From: Amphiscolops sp. MND2022
Taxonomy: Eukaryota
Reading direction: 5' to 3'
DNA: 64,000 nt
Assembly: GCA_964187785.1 (NCBI GenBank)
Contig: OZ076421.1
Coordinates: forward strand, 27,838,001-27,902,000
Positions 62,101 to 64,000 of this stretch are shown in pieces. The stretch's first letter is position 1. Every line of letters begins with the position of its first letter. Below the pieces are notes generated by a model. It was given only the letters and a program-made list of their open reading frames with translations. It did not search any database and was not told where the DNA came from. The position numbers and the translations under genes were made by a program.

Positions 62101-64000
62101 TTTCCAATGTTTCAGCTTCAAAATGTCCTGAATTGCTTGCACACGGTTGGCAATGAAGGTGTTCCAGCTTCGCGGGATCTCTTGGAGCCAACTCAGGACT
62201 AAAGTAGAATCCGTCCATCCATGAATTTGCTCCGGTATGAATTTAATCTTCTCCAAGATTGGTAGGACAGCTTTCAACAAGTTGCGTCCGAGAAATGCAG
62301 CACAAAGTTCCAATTTTGGAACAGTTAGAGGCTTCAGAGGAGCAACTTTTGACTTGGAAACTAAAAGATTGATTTCTTGTGTGTCAAGGCAACGAACGTA
62401 GATGCACGCAGCATATGCTAACTCTGAAGCATCGCAAAACAGGTGCAATTCGAAACGCCTCTTCAGGATGTGCCTCGGAATCTTCAGTTTTGCGATTATA
62501 GGGAAAGTTGTTTGCCATTTTGTGAAATCCGATTGAATATCTGATGGCAATTCTTCATCCAAATCAACTCCACGAACCCAGCAGGACTGCATTATCAATT
62601 TTAACTTCAATCTGACAGGTGTCAGTAGACCGAGTGGATCGAAGATTGTTGAGATATCCGACAACATCGATCGTTTGGTGAACTTCAGCTTGTCCGATTC
62701 CTTAATTGTGAAAGCAAAGATATCTTCATTTGGCAGCCACTTTATTCCAAGTGTTTTGACACTGTAGTCATTTTCAGTGAAGTTTTTCTCATTCTCGCGA
62801 AGATTTGGTTGGAGATCCTCAATGATTTGCGCATTATTGCTGTCGAATTTCCGCAAAATCTTTCCGTACTTCTCTAATTGCTTCGTTAATGCTTGGATGA
62901 GTTGAGTAGCTTCGTCCTTGGTGTGAGCACCAGAGAGAATATCATCTTCGTAGAAGACTTCCTCCACTGGCGATTCCTTTCCGGCTTCTTGGAGTGAACG
63001 TATGGAACGATATCCTGATGAGCCGATGCCATAAGTCACCCGTGTCATCCGGTAGACCTTGATAGGATCACTAGGCGTGTCTCTCCAGAACAGTCGATGA
63101 AAATCCTTGTCTTCTTTGTCTAAGGCGATTTGTCTATACATCTTCGCAATATCACCAGTGATTCCAATAGCATAGCATCGAAATCTGATGAGGTGGTCAA
63201 ACAGGTCATATTGTATCTTCGGTCCCACCAGTAGAACATCATTGAGGGAGACTTTTGCGGAAGTTTTCGCGCTGGCATCAAAAACAACTCGAAGCTTGGT
63301 TGTTGTACTTTCCTTCTGTACACAATGATGTGGCAAATAGAAGCATTTGTGCGGGGGCAAGTCGAGTTCATACTTTGAGACCTCCTCCAGATGTTCTAGA
63401 TCGATGAACTCGTAAACGAAATGTCGATATTGCTGATGAAGGTTGGGGTTTGCTTCCAATCGTTTCTCAAGCATGAGAAACCGTCTCAACGCACTAGCCT
63501 TACTTTCTCCAAGTGGGGCCTTACTTTCTCTCTTGCATTCGGTTTGAAGGGCAATTTGACTTGAAATCGTCCGTTCACCAGCTTAGTTGTTGCGTCATAG
63601 TGGTTTTTTGTGACCATCTCTGCTTCGGTGAGGGATGGTTTGGTTGATGGCACTTCTTCAGTGCACCAGAACTTGCTGATATCTTGTGCACTGTTTGTTT
63701 GCAGAAAGTTGCAAACCACTTCAAGATGAGAATTTTGGTCTCTAAATTTGTCAACTTTCGCTCTACCTGTTATGACCCAACCGAAGACTGTACGAGTGAA
63801 GGTTAGAGTCTTCTCTTGAAAACGATCGTTTGTTGTGATTTCGTTCATCAATTCCACTCCAAGCAACATGTCAATTGATCCTGGATGTGAGAAACTTTTA
63901 TCGGCTAGATGGAGATCTTTGATGATGTCCATGGTCTTCACATCTACTGGCTGACTGGGAAGAGTATTCGTTATTTTCGGAATCACATGCTTTTCCGATA
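59109..64000 (-). mobile_element. BEL/Pao LTR retrotransposon 2, 3' part (protease end, RT, RNase H, integrase, 3' LTR); continues beyond the window
   Basis: RT KLRVVFDASAK...GDIAKMYRQI...FYEDD, RNase H LFCDASELAY...KLELCAA, integrase GVDFTG...WGGLLESG, stop at 60365. PPT-like AAGGTGGGCGGAA (60348-60336) then TGAAC at 60335. The far LTR end at 59109 (TGAAC...GTTCA, ~1.2 kb) is tentative. Frameshifts at ~63510 and ~61340. Confidence 0.9.
59759..60373 (+). CDS. 204-aa ORF antisense to BEL/Pao element 2, mostly inside its putative 3' LTR; Trp-rich, acidic then basic
   Basis: ATG-initiated stop-free ORF MSDTTFPRRILVDADYREQEKWEDHWFEDW... No family recognised. Confidence 0.35.
   Translation: MSDTTFPRRILVDADYREQEKWEDHWFEDWVTQEEEEDGREYAKLRIPPRKLGWERGNKFFGRRNKGPHGWHAHPRRKRLTARRKPQAREMNRQYRPFGKKACEEAWRRDASLQYRRLLLEARPDLKPLWRVVDSDDEPLSEIKKSIELKRLVEEELQAEAAQGASTSYWCLLLSCGYPLLLLKFFLSFGKFIPPTLSNPSCST

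Overview
AT-rich eukaryotic (invertebrate animal) genomic DNA, about two-thirds transposon-derived. The repeat style suggests an acoel flatworm, which I cannot verify. Four host genes were reconstructed, all on the minus strand: cathepsin Z (5 exons), a myosin regulatory light chain (4 exons), MRPL17 (3 exons) and an intronless UBOX5. Mobile DNA: (i) a candidate 2.9-kb TG...CA LTR containing two ORFs, next to an antisense intron-containing BED-finger/hAT-like gene; (ii) an RTE-like LINE with an 11-bp TSD; (iii) an ~11-kb decayed Helentron (Rep, PIF1 helicase, APE endonuclease) with many short non-autonomous relatives (HINE/DINE-1-like); (iv) a CR1/L2-like relic; (v) a hAT-type MITE with an 8-bp TSD; (vi) two BEL/Pao LTR retrotransposons. 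The most notable observation is an AMSH/STAMBP-like JAMM metallo-deubiquitinase domain inside the Helentron, upstream of Rep-Hel, where other animal Helitrons carry an unrelated OTU deubiquitinase. All motif and family calls were made by eye; no database search was run.
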